This document shows, one piece after another, positions 34,720-43,527 of a stretch of 64,000 nucleotides of DNA. The stretch comes from Candidatus Giovannonibacteria bacterium (lineage in GTDB: Bacteria; Patescibacteriota; Minisyncoccia; UBA11713; 2-01-FULL-45-33), in NCBI GenBank assembly GCA_016176295.1, contig JACOXN010000003.1, forward strand, positions 28,212 to 92,211, read 5' to 3'. The translations under genes were made by a program, and so were the position numbers. The notes below the pieces were generated by a model. That model was given only the letters and a program-made list of their open reading frames with translations, ran no database searches and had not been told where the DNA came from. Within the stretch, counting starts at the first letter, position 1, and every line of letters starts with the position of its first letter.

Positions 34720-36488
34720 TATTCCCGAATATTATATACTTTATAAAAATATGAATCTTTGTTTTTTAATAGTTCCTCTGGTGATCCTTCCTCGACTATC
34801 TTTCCGTCTTTAATCGCAAGTAATTTATCTGAGTTCATAATAGTTGAAAGCCGATGTGCAATAACTAAAACTGTAATTTTACCCTTGAGGTTTTCAATGA
34901 CTTTTTGGATCTTTACCTCCGATTCGTTGTCCAAGGCACTGGTGGCTTCATCCAGTATTAACAGCTGGGGATCCCGCGCCAAAACGCGCGCAATCACAAT
35001 TCTTTGGCGCTGTCCGCCGGATAAAAGAGCGCCCCTTTCACCTATCACTGTTTCAAACTTTTCCGGCAAACCGGAAATGAAATCATAAATGTTGGCCATT
35101 TTGGCCGCTTCGATCATTTTTTCCTCAGTAATCGAATTATTATAAAATTTTATATTACTGGAAATTGTATCGTTCATCAAAAAGATATCCTGGGAAACAT
35201 ATCCTATGTTCCTACGCCATTCTTCCATGCTAATGTTTTGAATGTTGTTTCCATCCAGTATTATTGAACCGCTTACCGGTTTTAATAGGCGCAGAAGCAA
35301 ATCCACCAAAGTTGTTTTACCGGCTCCTGAAGGGCCCACCAAACCTGCCATCTGTCCTTTATTTATTACGAAAGAAATATTCTGAAGCACATTCCTTTCG
35401 AAATTGTATGAAAAATTAATATTATTAAATTCTAAACTTCGATTGAAAGTAAATTTATCGTTTCCGCCTATCGGTTCTTTGCGTAAAACCGATTCATCCT
35501 CATAATTCAAAACCCTTTCTACATACGGAATAAGCGAGTTGGTTCCGATAAAAAATGACTGGACCTGCTCAATATATACGAAAATTTGCTTGGAAACGTA
35601 CATGATAACCGCGAAAGCCGCAAAATTGAAATTCCCGGCCTTATAAGAGAGTGCGAAAATCAGGGAAATAAAGATAAGGCTTACCGGTTCCAGCAAAGAA
35701 CTGCTGAAAGCGCTTATAATCGAGGATCGGATCCGCAGTTCCTTTACCTTTGCAAAATATTCGCCGCCCTTTCCGGCCACAGCTTTTCCTGCAAACATTG
35801 TTTTTACCGTTTTCATGCCCATGATATTTTCGTTGGTAAAATGGGCTATTTGCTTCTGTAATTTTTCGTCTTCATGCGATATGCGCCTGACCCGCGAAAC
35901 GACCGGACGCAAAACTGCTAAAAACAAAACACCGCCCAAAGCAAAGGTCAAAAAAGTTGTCTGCAGCGATATGTTAACGGCAATAAAGGTATAAACTAAC
36001 AGATTTGCGAATACCAGCATGGCGCTCGAAACAACCGTCATCATCGATTTTGTATACTGCAGATCTATCATAAAAATGGTTTCCAAATATCCGAGTTTTT
36101 GTTTTAAAAGATAAGGCCAATCTGCCTCCAAAGTCGCGCCAAAGAGCTTGTTTCTTTTCTTCTCTTCATAATCAGCGGAAATCCTGCTGTTAATGTATGA
36201 AAAGAAAACCAATACCGCCGCCTTCAGCACAAAAAGCACGATCATAAAAATAAGCAGATACTTCAAACTGAATTCTATATTGAGAAATGAAAATATATTT
36301 TTAATAGAGCGGGTTATCACATCGTCATTTCCGGTCTCTGCCCCCACTACAAAAGAAAACAAAGGCACCAAAGCATTTATTCCTATACCCCCCAAAAGAC
36401 CGCTCAAAAATCCAAGAACCGAAAGCAAGGCGATATGATATTTGTATTCGCCAAAGCTTCTGTAAAATAATTTAAAAAACTCTACCAT
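34719..36488 (-). CDS. ABC exporter, fused permease-ATPase (MsbA/type I exporter-like)
   Basis: Six-TM N-terminal half. Walker A GPSGAGKTT, signature LSGGQRQR, Walker B LLILDEATSALD. Confidence 0.9.
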   Translation of the reverse strand: MVEFFKLFYRSFGEYKYHIALLSVLGFLSGLLGGIGINALVPLFSFVVGAETGNDDVITRSIKNIFSFLNIEFSLKYLLIFMIVLFVLKAAVLVFFSYINSRISADYEEKKRNKLFGATLEADWPYLLKQKLGYLETIFMIDLQYTKSMMTVVSSAMLVFANLLVYTFIAVNISLQTTFLTFALGGVLFLAVLRPVVSRVRRISHEDEKLQKQIAHFTNENIMGMKTVKTMFAGKAVAGKGGEYFAKVKELRIRSSIISAFSSSLLEPVSLIFISLIFALSYKAGNFNFAAFAVIMYVSKQIFVYIEQVQSFFIGTNSLIPYVERVLNYEDESVLRKEPIGGNDKFTFNRSLEFNNINFSYNFERNVLQNISFVINKGQMAGLVGPSGAGKTTLVDLLLRLLKPVSGSIILDGNNIQNISMEEWRRNIGYVSQDIFLMNDTISSNIKFYNNSITEEKMIEAAKMANIYDFISGLPEKFETVIGERGALLSGGQRQRIVIARVLARDPQLLILDEATSALDNESEVKIQKVIENLKGKITVLVIAHRLSTIMNSDKLLAIKDGKIVEEGSPEELLKNKDSYFYKVYNIRE

Positions 36489-36507
36489 TGAACTTCAATA
36501 ATGTTTT

Positions 36508-37620
36508 TCATAAAAATCTTAAAATGTTTTCCGCCCTTCGGGTCCAGGTGTACTGCCCGGAATCACGATAAGCATTCGCGGCAAGGCGATCCGCTAATTT
36601 TTTATCTTTCAGAACTCTCTTAACCGCTTCCGCAAATGCCACGGGATTTCCAGCTTCCACCAAAACAGCAGTATTCTCATTCAGCACCTCTCTCACGCTG
36701 GGCAGGTCTGAAACCACGATGGGGCGCTTAGCCGCCATATATTCAAACATCTTCATCGGAGACATAAAGTAAGTATAATGAGTTGTCGCGGGAAAAGGCA
36801 TCAACAATATATCGAAAGCTTTTTGATAAAGCGCGACAATGCTCTGGGTCTGGTGGTCACGGAAAAAAGCCCTGCTTTTCAGCCCTTTGGAATCCGCAAG
36901 CTGCTGATACTCTACCACATGCCGGGGCTTTCCTCCCATGGCCACAAATATGACGTTTTCTTCAAGAAGCGGTAAAGCCTCAAGCACGTCAAGGAACCCT
37001 TTGTCCTCGCCCATAGTCTTAAAACGCCCGCAATAGCCGATAATTTTCTTATCCTGGGGCAAATTGAGCTTTTTCCGGGCTTCAGCCTTTGAAACATCTA
37101 TATCAAAAATGCCGGGATCAACCCCGTCCGGAGCGACAAATGTTTTATTGCGAATCAGACCATATTTTTCCGAGTACATATCGCGCAAATGCGAGGTAAC
37201 AAAAATATACTTATCCACGAAAAAAGATAAAACTTTTTCGGCAAACATGTCCGTACGGTTGTCTTCGATAAGCCTGTGTATCTCGTAAGCAAACTTGACC
37301 TTGAACCGGAAATAAAACTTATTGAAAAGAGCCATAAAAAACAAAAGCCGCGGCTCCCGGCAATAAATCCTGTCGATGCGGTTTTTTTTTGCGAATTTCA
37401 GATACTGAACCGCCAAAGAGTAACTTTTTAAATTGCCGAAATTTATTATTTGCAGGTTGTGTTCCGAAAGCCCCGCCTCGGCAGAGAGGTCGATCTTTGC
37501 GCCGCCGAGAAAAAAATTGGTTTTCATCTTATCTGCCAACGCTTTGGACATGGCGATTATCTGCATGCGGTTCGCAAGCCCGGAAGGATAGGTTATCGAA
37601 GTGGCGTAGATCAAACGCAT
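36508..37620 (-). CDS. Glycosyltransferase family 4 (tandem paralog 1)
   Basis: GT4 C-terminal domain. LYQKAFDILLMPFPATTHYTYFMSPMKMFEYMAAKRPIVVSDLPSVREVL is nearly identical to the next gene. Confidence 0.8.
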   Translation of the reverse strand: MRLIYATSITYPSGLANRMQIIAMSKALADKMKTNFFLGGAKIDLSAEAGLSEHNLQIINFGNLKSYSLAVQYLKFAKKNRIDRIYCREPRLLFFMALFNKFYFRFKVKFAYEIHRLIEDNRTDMFAEKVLSFFVDKYIFVTSHLRDMYSEKYGLIRNKTFVAPDGVDPGIFDIDVSKAEARKKLNLPQDKKIIGYCGRFKTMGEDKGFLDVLEALPLLEENVIFVAMGGKPRHVVEYQQLADSKGLKSRAFFRDHQTQSIVALYQKAFDILLMPFPATTHYTYFMSPMKMFEYMAAKRPIVVSDLPSVREVLNENTAVLVEAGNPVAFAEAVKRVLKDKKLADRLAANAYRDSGQYTWTRRAENILRFL

Positions 37621-37626
37621 AAATCT

Positions 37627-38961
37627 CTAATTTCTAATTGCTCTAATTATTAATTCAGCTCGCTTCTCCCACGTATAACTCTGAACGCCCTCATAAGCTC
37701 TCGCGGCCAGCTTTTCGCCCAAACCGGGATCGGACAGCAGTTTTTGGATGCCGTCCGCCAGACTTTTCGGATTCCCGGGCTCCACAAATATGGCGCTGGA
37801 TTCATTCAGTACTTCCCTGACACTGGGAAGGTCCGAAGCCACAATGGGACGCTTTGATGCCATGTATTCGAACATCTTCATCGGGGACATGTAGTAAGTA
37901 TAGTGCGTTGTGGCGGGAAAAGGCATTAAAAGGATATCGAAGGCTTTTTGGTATAGGGCAAGTTTATTTCTTGAAACTCTCTCGACATTTATCAGGCGAG
38001 CCAAACTTGATGCATCTAAAATTTCACTGCTCGCGCTTTCCGTTTCGCTAGCGCTTAACCCTCTCTCCGGGGGCTCCGACGCGCGTACGCGCTCCGAAAA
38101 GCGCTCGCTATCATTTGAAATTTTATCTGCACTTGGCCTAGATCCAACCGAAACAAAGTAGACATCATTTCTCGTCTCAGAAATTTTACGCAAGGCTTCC
38201 AAAATTTCTGAATGCCCTTTCTCCATTCCCATCGTTTGCAAACTTCCCGTGTAGCCCAAAAGAATTTTATCCTGGGGAAGATTCAGAGTTTTTCTGGCCT
38301 CCTCTTTTGAAATATTAATGTCAAAAACATCCAAATCCACTCCGTCCGGGGCCACCAAAATATCCATGTCGTTAAATCCGGCCCCTTTATATAATTCTTT
38401 TAAAGCCGCCGTAACCGCCACAATTTTGGAAGTTTTTTTCACGAAAAATTTATGGAGCCAAATCATGCTCCAGCGATGCGATTCAAAGATAGTTTTGAAA
38501 CCGAGTCGGGAAAACAGGAAAATAATTTCAGGGTTCCTTGAATATATCATCGCAGATCCACGCAGATTATCTGAAATCGCAGAATTACGCCGATTACTTG
38601 AACTATTAAATCCGCGCAGATTTTTTGCGTGAAAAAATAACTTGAACAAATAAAAAAAACTCTGGAGGAAAAAACCCAATTTTCTCAAGAAAAGCGGGGT
38701 TAAAGCGATAAAGTCGGGGACTGAAATTTTAGTGACGGTAAAATTTCTTTCGATGCCGTAATACTCGAACAAATCCTGCTTGATGTCATTTTTTCTCGTG
38801 GGGATTATCAATTCTACTTCTATATTATCCGCGTTTATCTGCGAACCAATCTGCGCGTATCCGCGCTTTTGCAATGCAAAAGCCTCGCACATTTTGGCTA
38901 CCTGGTAGCCGTGCGCTTTTTCGGTGGGAATGCGAAAGTTTGCGATATAAACCAATTTCAT
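37627..38961 (-). CDS. Glycosyltransferase family 4 (tandem paralog 2) with repeat-derived in-frame insertions
   Basis: Same C-terminal block (LYQKAFDILLMPFPATTHYTYYMSPMKMFEYMASKRPIVASDLPSVREVL). Has extra low-complexity segments (SADKISNDSERFSERVRASEPPERGLSASETESASSEILDAS; NLRGFNSSSNRRNSAISDNLRGSA; GYAQIGSQINADN). Confidence 0.8.
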   Translation of the reverse strand: MKLVYIANFRIPTEKAHGYQVAKMCEAFALQKRGYAQIGSQINADNIEVELIIPTRKNDIKQDLFEYYGIERNFTVTKISVPDFIALTPLFLRKLGFFLQSFFYLFKLFFHAKNLRGFNSSSNRRNSAISDNLRGSAMIYSRNPEIIFLFSRLGFKTIFESHRWSMIWLHKFFVKKTSKIVAVTAALKELYKGAGFNDMDILVAPDGVDLDVFDINISKEEARKTLNLPQDKILLGYTGSLQTMGMEKGHSEILEALRKISETRNDVYFVSVGSRPSADKISNDSERFSERVRASEPPERGLSASETESASSEILDASSLARLINVERVSRNKLALYQKAFDILLMPFPATTHYTYYMSPMKMFEYMASKRPIVASDLPSVREVLNESSAIFVEPGNPKSLADGIQKLLSDPGLGEKLAARAYEGVQSYTWEKRAELIIRAIRN

Positions 38962-38962
38962 A

Positions 38963-39613
38963 CTATTTTTTCAGAAGAAAAATGTAACCCAGAGGATATT
39001 TTTCTTTAAGCTGCGGCCTTAGCTTCAGTAAAACTCGGTCAAGTAAATAATATATGGGAAAAACCGCGAGCTTTAAAACGCCGGGCAGAGGAAACGAAAC
39101 CATAATATTGTAGCTTACCGCGCACGGCCCCAAACCGACTTCTTTGACGACTACATTCTTAAAACCGGCTTCCGCAAATATCTTCTTCAATGACTCCTTT
39201 GTATACCTGAAATAGTCATGCGGGTCCGCGTGATAGCTCATCATGAAAGGCACAAAACCCAAAACCTCGTTACCGGATTTAACGACCCTTTTTGCCTCGC
39301 CTATCAAAAACCTGTAATTATAAATATGTTCCAGAATGTTGAACATGAGCACCTGATCAACACTTTCATCCGCATACGGCAGCGGGTCTTTTTCAAGGTC
39401 TACGGTCTTGCCGATTGCATGCAGGCTTTTGAAATCAATATTTATAATCTCCGTACGGGGCTCTTTTTTTAAGAATTGAAAATAACTGGGGTTTACACCC
39501 CCGCCCACGTCAAGTACCTTTCCTTTGACCGTATAATTGGCAAGCTCCAGGTTCATCATTGTCCGGAGCAGACTTTTTTTTCTCCAAATCCCTTTAGCTA
39601 TTTTAAAAAACAT
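38963..39613 (-). CDS. Class I SAM-dependent methyltransferase
   Basis: VLDVGGGVNP SAM motif and VDQVLMFNILEHI. Start moved to the ATG at 39613 (MFFKIAKG...) because the upstream 51 codons of the track ORF merely translate repeat copy B. Confidence 0.7.
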   Translation of the reverse strand: MFFKIAKGIWRKKSLLRTMMNLELANYTVKGKVLDVGGGVNPSYFQFLKKEPRTEIINIDFKSLHAIGKTVDLEKDPLPYADESVDQVLMFNILEHIYNYRFLIGEAKRVVKSGNEVLGFVPFMMSYHADPHDYFRYTKESLKKIFAEAGFKNVVVKEVGLGPCAVSYNIMVSFPLPGVLKLAVFPIYYLLDRVLLKLRPQLKEKYPLGYIFLLKK

Positions 39614-39623
39614 GATTTTTAGA

Positions 39624-39759
39624 GACGGACGAATGAGTCTCTGAACGGGTTTTGCTGCCTTTTTGGCATGGTCTCCGCGAAGCGGAGCAAAAAGGTCAGC
39701 AACCCTCGGAGGCCGCCGCTGGGCGGCCGAGAATGAGTGAAGAGACTCAATCGTCCGTC
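39624..39759. repeat. Structured repeat element, copy B
   Basis: P0 39624-39632/39751-39759; P1 39635-39642/39741-39748; P2 39652-39665/39688-39702. P3 CTCCGC-GAA-GCGGAG at 39673-39687; P4 GGCCGCC-GCTG-GGCGGCC at 39711-39728. Intercistronic, between the GT4 stop (39747) and the methyltransferase start (39613). Confidence 0.8.
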
Positions 39760-40835
39760 GATTCAAATAAATTAATAAACTCTCTTACTCCTTTCTCTTT
39801 GCCAAATCCTTTGGAAAATTCCAGCGCTTCAATCCTGGCTTTATTATACGCTATTTCATCCGAAAGCAGAGACTTGATGCGGCCTTGGAAACATTCGATA
39901 TCACCGACTTCGCACAAATAATTTTCCAAAGATTTCGGCACGAGTTCCCGAATGCCGCCAATATTTGAAGCCACAAATGGCACACCCGACGCCATCGCTT
40001 CCAAAATAACGCGCGGCGAGCCTTCCTCGCGCGAAGGCATCAGAAAAACACGGGCGTCTTTAAAATATCTTACCACTTCAGCATTTGCTACGGGACCCAA
40101 AAGTTTTACTTTTCCCGTCAGACCGGAATTTTCAATTTCCAATTTACAATTTTCGAATTCCGGCCCGGCACCGATAACCACAAATTCCACGTCGTCATTT
40201 TTAAAAGCTTCAGCTATTTTGGGCACAAAATCAACTCCTTTTCTTTTTGACAAATGATGAACGAAGAGCACGATTTTCGGGGATAATTTCTTGTTGGCAT
40301 CTGGCTTGAATCTCTCCGTGTCTATCCAATTCGAAACCACGCGGTATTCTTTTACACCGTAACGCGCAACATACTCTTTGGCGAGCGACTCCGGGCCGGT
40401 GACCAAAATTGAGTTACGTAAAATAAACCGGAAAAGTTTTTCTTTGAGCCAATTTTGCTTAAAGAGCCACGGCATTCCGCGGTTCCAGTAAAAAACCTTC
40501 ACTTGGCGGCTAAGCCGCCAAGTGGTTAATAAGACTGCCAAAACGCCATAATAAGAATAGTGGACATAAAAACCCCTGAATCCCGAAGATAGAAGTTTGA
40601 AACACATCCAAAGCATCTCCAAAAAACGCAACGGTGGAAATTTGTATTTTTGAACATAAATCTGCGCCTCCCCTAAATCAATTTTTTGTCCGAAACTTAG
40701 TTTCGGACATTTTTCCACGATAACAAAAATATCCGCGGTCTTTGCCGCTTCGCGGATAAGCAGGTAATTATAAAAAAAATGGGTATCGGTACCCTCCTCG
40801 TAAATAGGTAAAATATAGGCAACTTTTGGTTTCAT
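39747..40835 (-). CDS. Glycosyltransferase family 4
   Basis: LFVHHLSKRKGVDF, VIGAGPE, FLMPSREEGSPRVILEAMASGVPFVASNIGGIRE (E-x7-E region). Confidence 0.85.
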   Translation of the reverse strand: MKPKVAYILPIYEEGTDTHFFYNYLLIREAAKTADIFVIVEKCPKLSFGQKIDLGEAQIYVQKYKFPPLRFLEMLWMCFKLLSSGFRGFYVHYSYYGVLAVLLTTWRLSRQVKVFYWNRGMPWLFKQNWLKEKLFRFILRNSILVTGPESLAKEYVARYGVKEYRVVSNWIDTERFKPDANKKLSPKIVLFVHHLSKRKGVDFVPKIAEAFKNDDVEFVVIGAGPEFENCKLEIENSGLTGKVKLLGPVANAEVVRYFKDARVFLMPSREEGSPRVILEAMASGVPFVASNIGGIRELVPKSLENYLCEVGDIECFQGRIKSLLSDEIAYNKARIEALEFSKGFGKEKGVREFINLFESTDD

Positions 40836-40910
40836 GCTACTTTTATTCTAACCTAAATATAACTTTCGCCAAATAAAAAAGTTCCCCGATGGGCATCGGG
40901 GAACTCCATT

Positions 40911-41798
40911 TTATATGAGTTCCTTGTAATGCTTTTTGTACCACTCCACGGTGCGCCGCATGCCCTCGCGGATAGGCGTAAACTCGTATTTTCCGAGCCA
41001 TCTTTCAAGGGTCGAGGTATCGCCGCGGATGACCGCCTTCGAGGTCTCGCCTTTCCTCATCGGAAGATACTCAATGGGGGCTCCCGTTATTTCGGAAATA
41101 AGCTTGGCAACCATGATTACCGGAACTCCTTCGCCGCTTCCTGCGTCGATAACTTCGGACGCCACTTTCGGAGCTTCAAGCGCCATTATCAAAATGTCGG
41201 CGGTGTCCCCTGCGTAAACCAGATCCATCATTTGGCCGCCGTCGCCGTAAACCTGGAGAGGCTGACCGGTAAGAGCCCGGATGATAAATGAAGGCGCGAA
41301 TTTCCGCACCGGTTTGTATTTCTGCCGCTCGCCATAGACGTTGAAGGCGCGCACGACCTGTATCTCGGTGCCGAGCTCCTGGTTGTAAACGTAAAGAGCC
41401 AGGTCCTTGGCGGTCCTTTTGGAAATAGCGTAGGGATTTTGCCACACGTCCGGCAGAGTGATGTAAACGCAGCGCTTTTTCAGGCTGTCGTATTTTCGGA
41501 GAGCTTCAAAGACATTGATGGTCCCCAGGACATTGACCCGCATCGTTTCGGGCACATGCTGAAGCGTCTCGGCGGTCCCCAAAATTCCGGAAAGATTGAT
41601 AACTGCGTCGGCCGCGTAAACCGCCTGATTGACGGCATCCGCATCGCACACGTCGCCGATGAAATATTCGACACCGCATACCTGCTTTTTTGAAACGAAG
41701 CGCCGATCAAAGCTAATGGCCTTATGCCCCATTTTCAAAAGCCTTTCTATGACATGGCTCCCGATAAATCCCTGTCCTCCGGTAACCAATACTTTCAT
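40911..41798 (-). CDS. NAD-dependent sugar epimerase/dehydratase (extended SDR, GalE-like)
   Basis: VLVTGGQGFIGSHV Rossmann motif and YAISKRTAK (YxxxK). Confidence 0.8.
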   Translation of the reverse strand: MKVLVTGGQGFIGSHVIERLLKMGHKAISFDRRFVSKKQVCGVEYFIGDVCDADAVNQAVYAADAVINLSGILGTAETLQHVPETMRVNVLGTINVFEALRKYDSLKKRCVYITLPDVWQNPYAISKRTAKDLALYVYNQELGTEIQVVRAFNVYGERQKYKPVRKFAPSFIIRALTGQPLQVYGDGGQMMDLVYAGDTADILIMALEAPKVASEVIDAGSGEGVPVIMVAKLISEITGAPIEYLPMRKGETSKAVIRGDTSTLERWLGKYEFTPIREGMRRTVEWYKKHYKELI

Positions 41799-41869
41799 CT
41801 TGCCTCCAATACCGATATCGGATTTAATTCTTCAGAGAGAATAACAAAAATAAAGATTAATTTCCAATA

Positions 41870-41898
41870 TTGACAATTATTTCCCCTATTGCTAAAAA
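41870..41898 (+). promoter_or_regulatory. Candidate sigma70-type promoter for the 41919 gene
   Basis: TTGACA (41870-41875), a 17-nt spacer, then TAAAAA (41893-41898). GGAGG RBS just before the ATG. Confidence 0.45.
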
Positions 41899-41918
41899 AA
41901 TAACGAACGGAGGTATTT

Positions 41919-42431
41919 ATGCTAGTCCCCCGCGGAGTTCTTTTAAAGAATGAGACAATATTCGTGCTCACCGGCAACGGATGGGAAAGAACAAAATTCG
42001 CCATTGAACTCTACAAACAAAATTGGGCTTCGCATCTTGTGATGGTTGGCTCGACGGGAAGCCGTCCGCCGAAAAATATGTCGGCGTACGCTAAATTTTC
42101 AGGCATTCCGCATAACCGAGTTGAAACAGCGGAAAACTCGCGAAACACCAAGCAAAATATTGCCGAAGTGCTGGATATCTGCGAAAGGAGAGGTTGGAAA
42201 CGCGTGCTGGTGGTTACATCCCCGCACCACGCGCTGCGGACGCATCTCTATTTAAAAAAAGCGAAGCCGGCAAGAAAAGGGATCAAGATAACATTGTATC
42301 CTCCGGAAAACTACAGCTGGTTCGACTGGGTCGAGAGCTCGCGCGACGCGGGGAAAAAAGCATTTCGGCTCTGGTTCCTGGCCGGAGAAATTTATAAAAT
42401 CATCAAATACAAACTCAAAGGAGATCTTTGA
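41919..42431 (+). CDS. DUF218 (YdcF-like) protein
   Basis: FVLTGNGWERTKFAIELYKQNWASHLVMVG, NSRNTKQNIAE, VLVVTSPHHALRT. Confidence 0.65.
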   Translation: MLVPRGVLLKNETIFVLTGNGWERTKFAIELYKQNWASHLVMVGSTGSRPPKNMSAYAKFSGIPHNRVETAENSRNTKQNIAEVLDICERRGWKRVLVVTSPHHALRTHLYLKKAKPARKGIKITLYPPENYSWFDWVESSRDAGKKAFRLWFLAGEIYKIIKYKLKGDL

Positions 42432-43527
42432 GTATTTTTTTATATTGTTCCAGGTATTCTTCTTTTGAGAGCACGCTGGGAAAAGAAGCTTTGGCCCCAT
42501 CTTTTAGAGCTCCCAGCCGCTCGCGAATCGTTATAACTTCCGTTATTTTTTGATAAATAGCTCTTGCGTCCCCCACAGGCACTACCATGCCGTTGAAACC
42601 GTCTATCACATCCTCATTGGCGGGCGCTACATCGGTCATCAGAACGGGAAGCCCAGCCGCCAGCGCCTCCAAGGGAGCCCGCGCTCCGCCTTCATAATTT
42701 GAAGTAAGAAGATAAAGATCCGCGGTTTTGTAATAAGACGTCAGGTCATCCGTCCAGTCTTCGAATTTAATATTTGCTTCCAATTTCAGGCTCTTAACTT
42801 TTTGTTTGAGACTTTCTTTTTCCGGCCCTTCGCCAACTATCAAAAGCAGGGTCTTTGGGAATCTTTCGGCAATAGTTTTCATGATTTCAAGCGCCAGATA
42901 TATATTTTTTTCAGCCGAGAGCCTTGAGGGCATCAGAATAATGAAATCGCGGCTCGGATATTTTTCATGCAGTTTCATTTTTACCGGCGCGTTCCTAATT
43001 TTGTCTATATCAAGATAGATAGGAAGAACGGTTATTTTATGTTCCTGACTTTTGAACCCTAACCCAAGAATGGAATTTTTAATTCTTTCCGAAACAACTC
43101 GTACTCCGCTTGCCCTTGGGATCAAAAATTTCGCGAGCCGCACCCGTAATTTGTTAGACGCCGAGTGTTTAACAAAATATGAACTGAAAATATCGGTGTG
43201 TATCTGCATTTGCCAGGGTATGCCGAATTTTCTGGACAAAAGCCACGCAAGGAAACTCCTTTCCGCATCCTGCGCGGTGATAACATCGTATTTATTTTCC
43301 TGCATCAGTTTTTTTGCCTTCCGATATCCTCCCCAAAACCTGTAAAACCGCCCGCCCACTGAGAAAACCCGCGTCCCCGAAGCAAGCTCCGCATCCGGCA
43401 TTTTTGTCCTGGTGAGCACCAAAATATCCAGTTCCCCGAAAGTGTTCCCGTATTCAACCATCCTATCCGCTACTACGGAGCCGGGCTTCAGCACCCCCGC
43501 ATCCCCGCTAATCATCAATACTTTCAT
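42415..43527 (-). CDS. Glycosyltransferase family 4
   Basis: LLIVGEGPE and LLTSNYEGGARAPLEALAAGLPVLMTDV. Confidence 0.85.
   Translation of the reverse strand: MKVLMISGDAGVLKPGSVVADRMVEYGNTFGELDILVLTRTKMPDAELASGTRVFSVGGRFYRFWGGYRKAKKLMQENKYDVITAQDAERSFLAWLLSRKFGIPWQMQIHTDIFSSYFVKHSASNKLRVRLAKFLIPRASGVRVVSERIKNSILGLGFKSQEHKITVLPIYLDIDKIRNAPVKMKLHEKYPSRDFIILMPSRLSAEKNIYLALEIMKTIAERFPKTLLLIVGEGPEKESLKQKVKSLKLEANIKFEDWTDDLTSYYKTADLYLLTSNYEGGARAPLEALAAGLPVLMTDVAPANEDVIDGFNGMVVPVGDARAIYQKITEVITIRERLGALKDGAKASFPSVLSKEEYLEQYKKILKDLL

Noticed and set aside
38017-38125. Assigning the intragenic GC-rich palindromic insert to the same family as the copy A/B structured element
   Set aside because: Only short shared strings (GCGC..AACCCTC, GTGAAA) were found. 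The helices and conserved single-stranded blocks of A/B cannot be aligned to it by eye.
38551-38865. Possibility that the heptamer clusters, or the 9-mer clusters at 27472-27929, are a CRISPR array
   Set aside because: The repeat units are only 7-11 nt, irregularly spaced and lie in coding or flanking DNA. No cas genes were recognised. No CRISPR array was seen anywhere in the window.
39614-39766. N-terminal 51 codons of track ORF 38963-39766 (MNRRTIESLHSFSAAQRRPPRVADLF...)
   Set aside because: This stretch is the translation of structured repeat copy B. An internal ATG at 39613 precedes the methyltransferase fold, so it is treated as non-coding.
41812-41821. 10-bp palindrome CCGATATCGG in the divergent promoter region between the SDR gene and the DUF218 gene
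   Set aside because: It is too short to distinguish from chance, with no second copy noticed.
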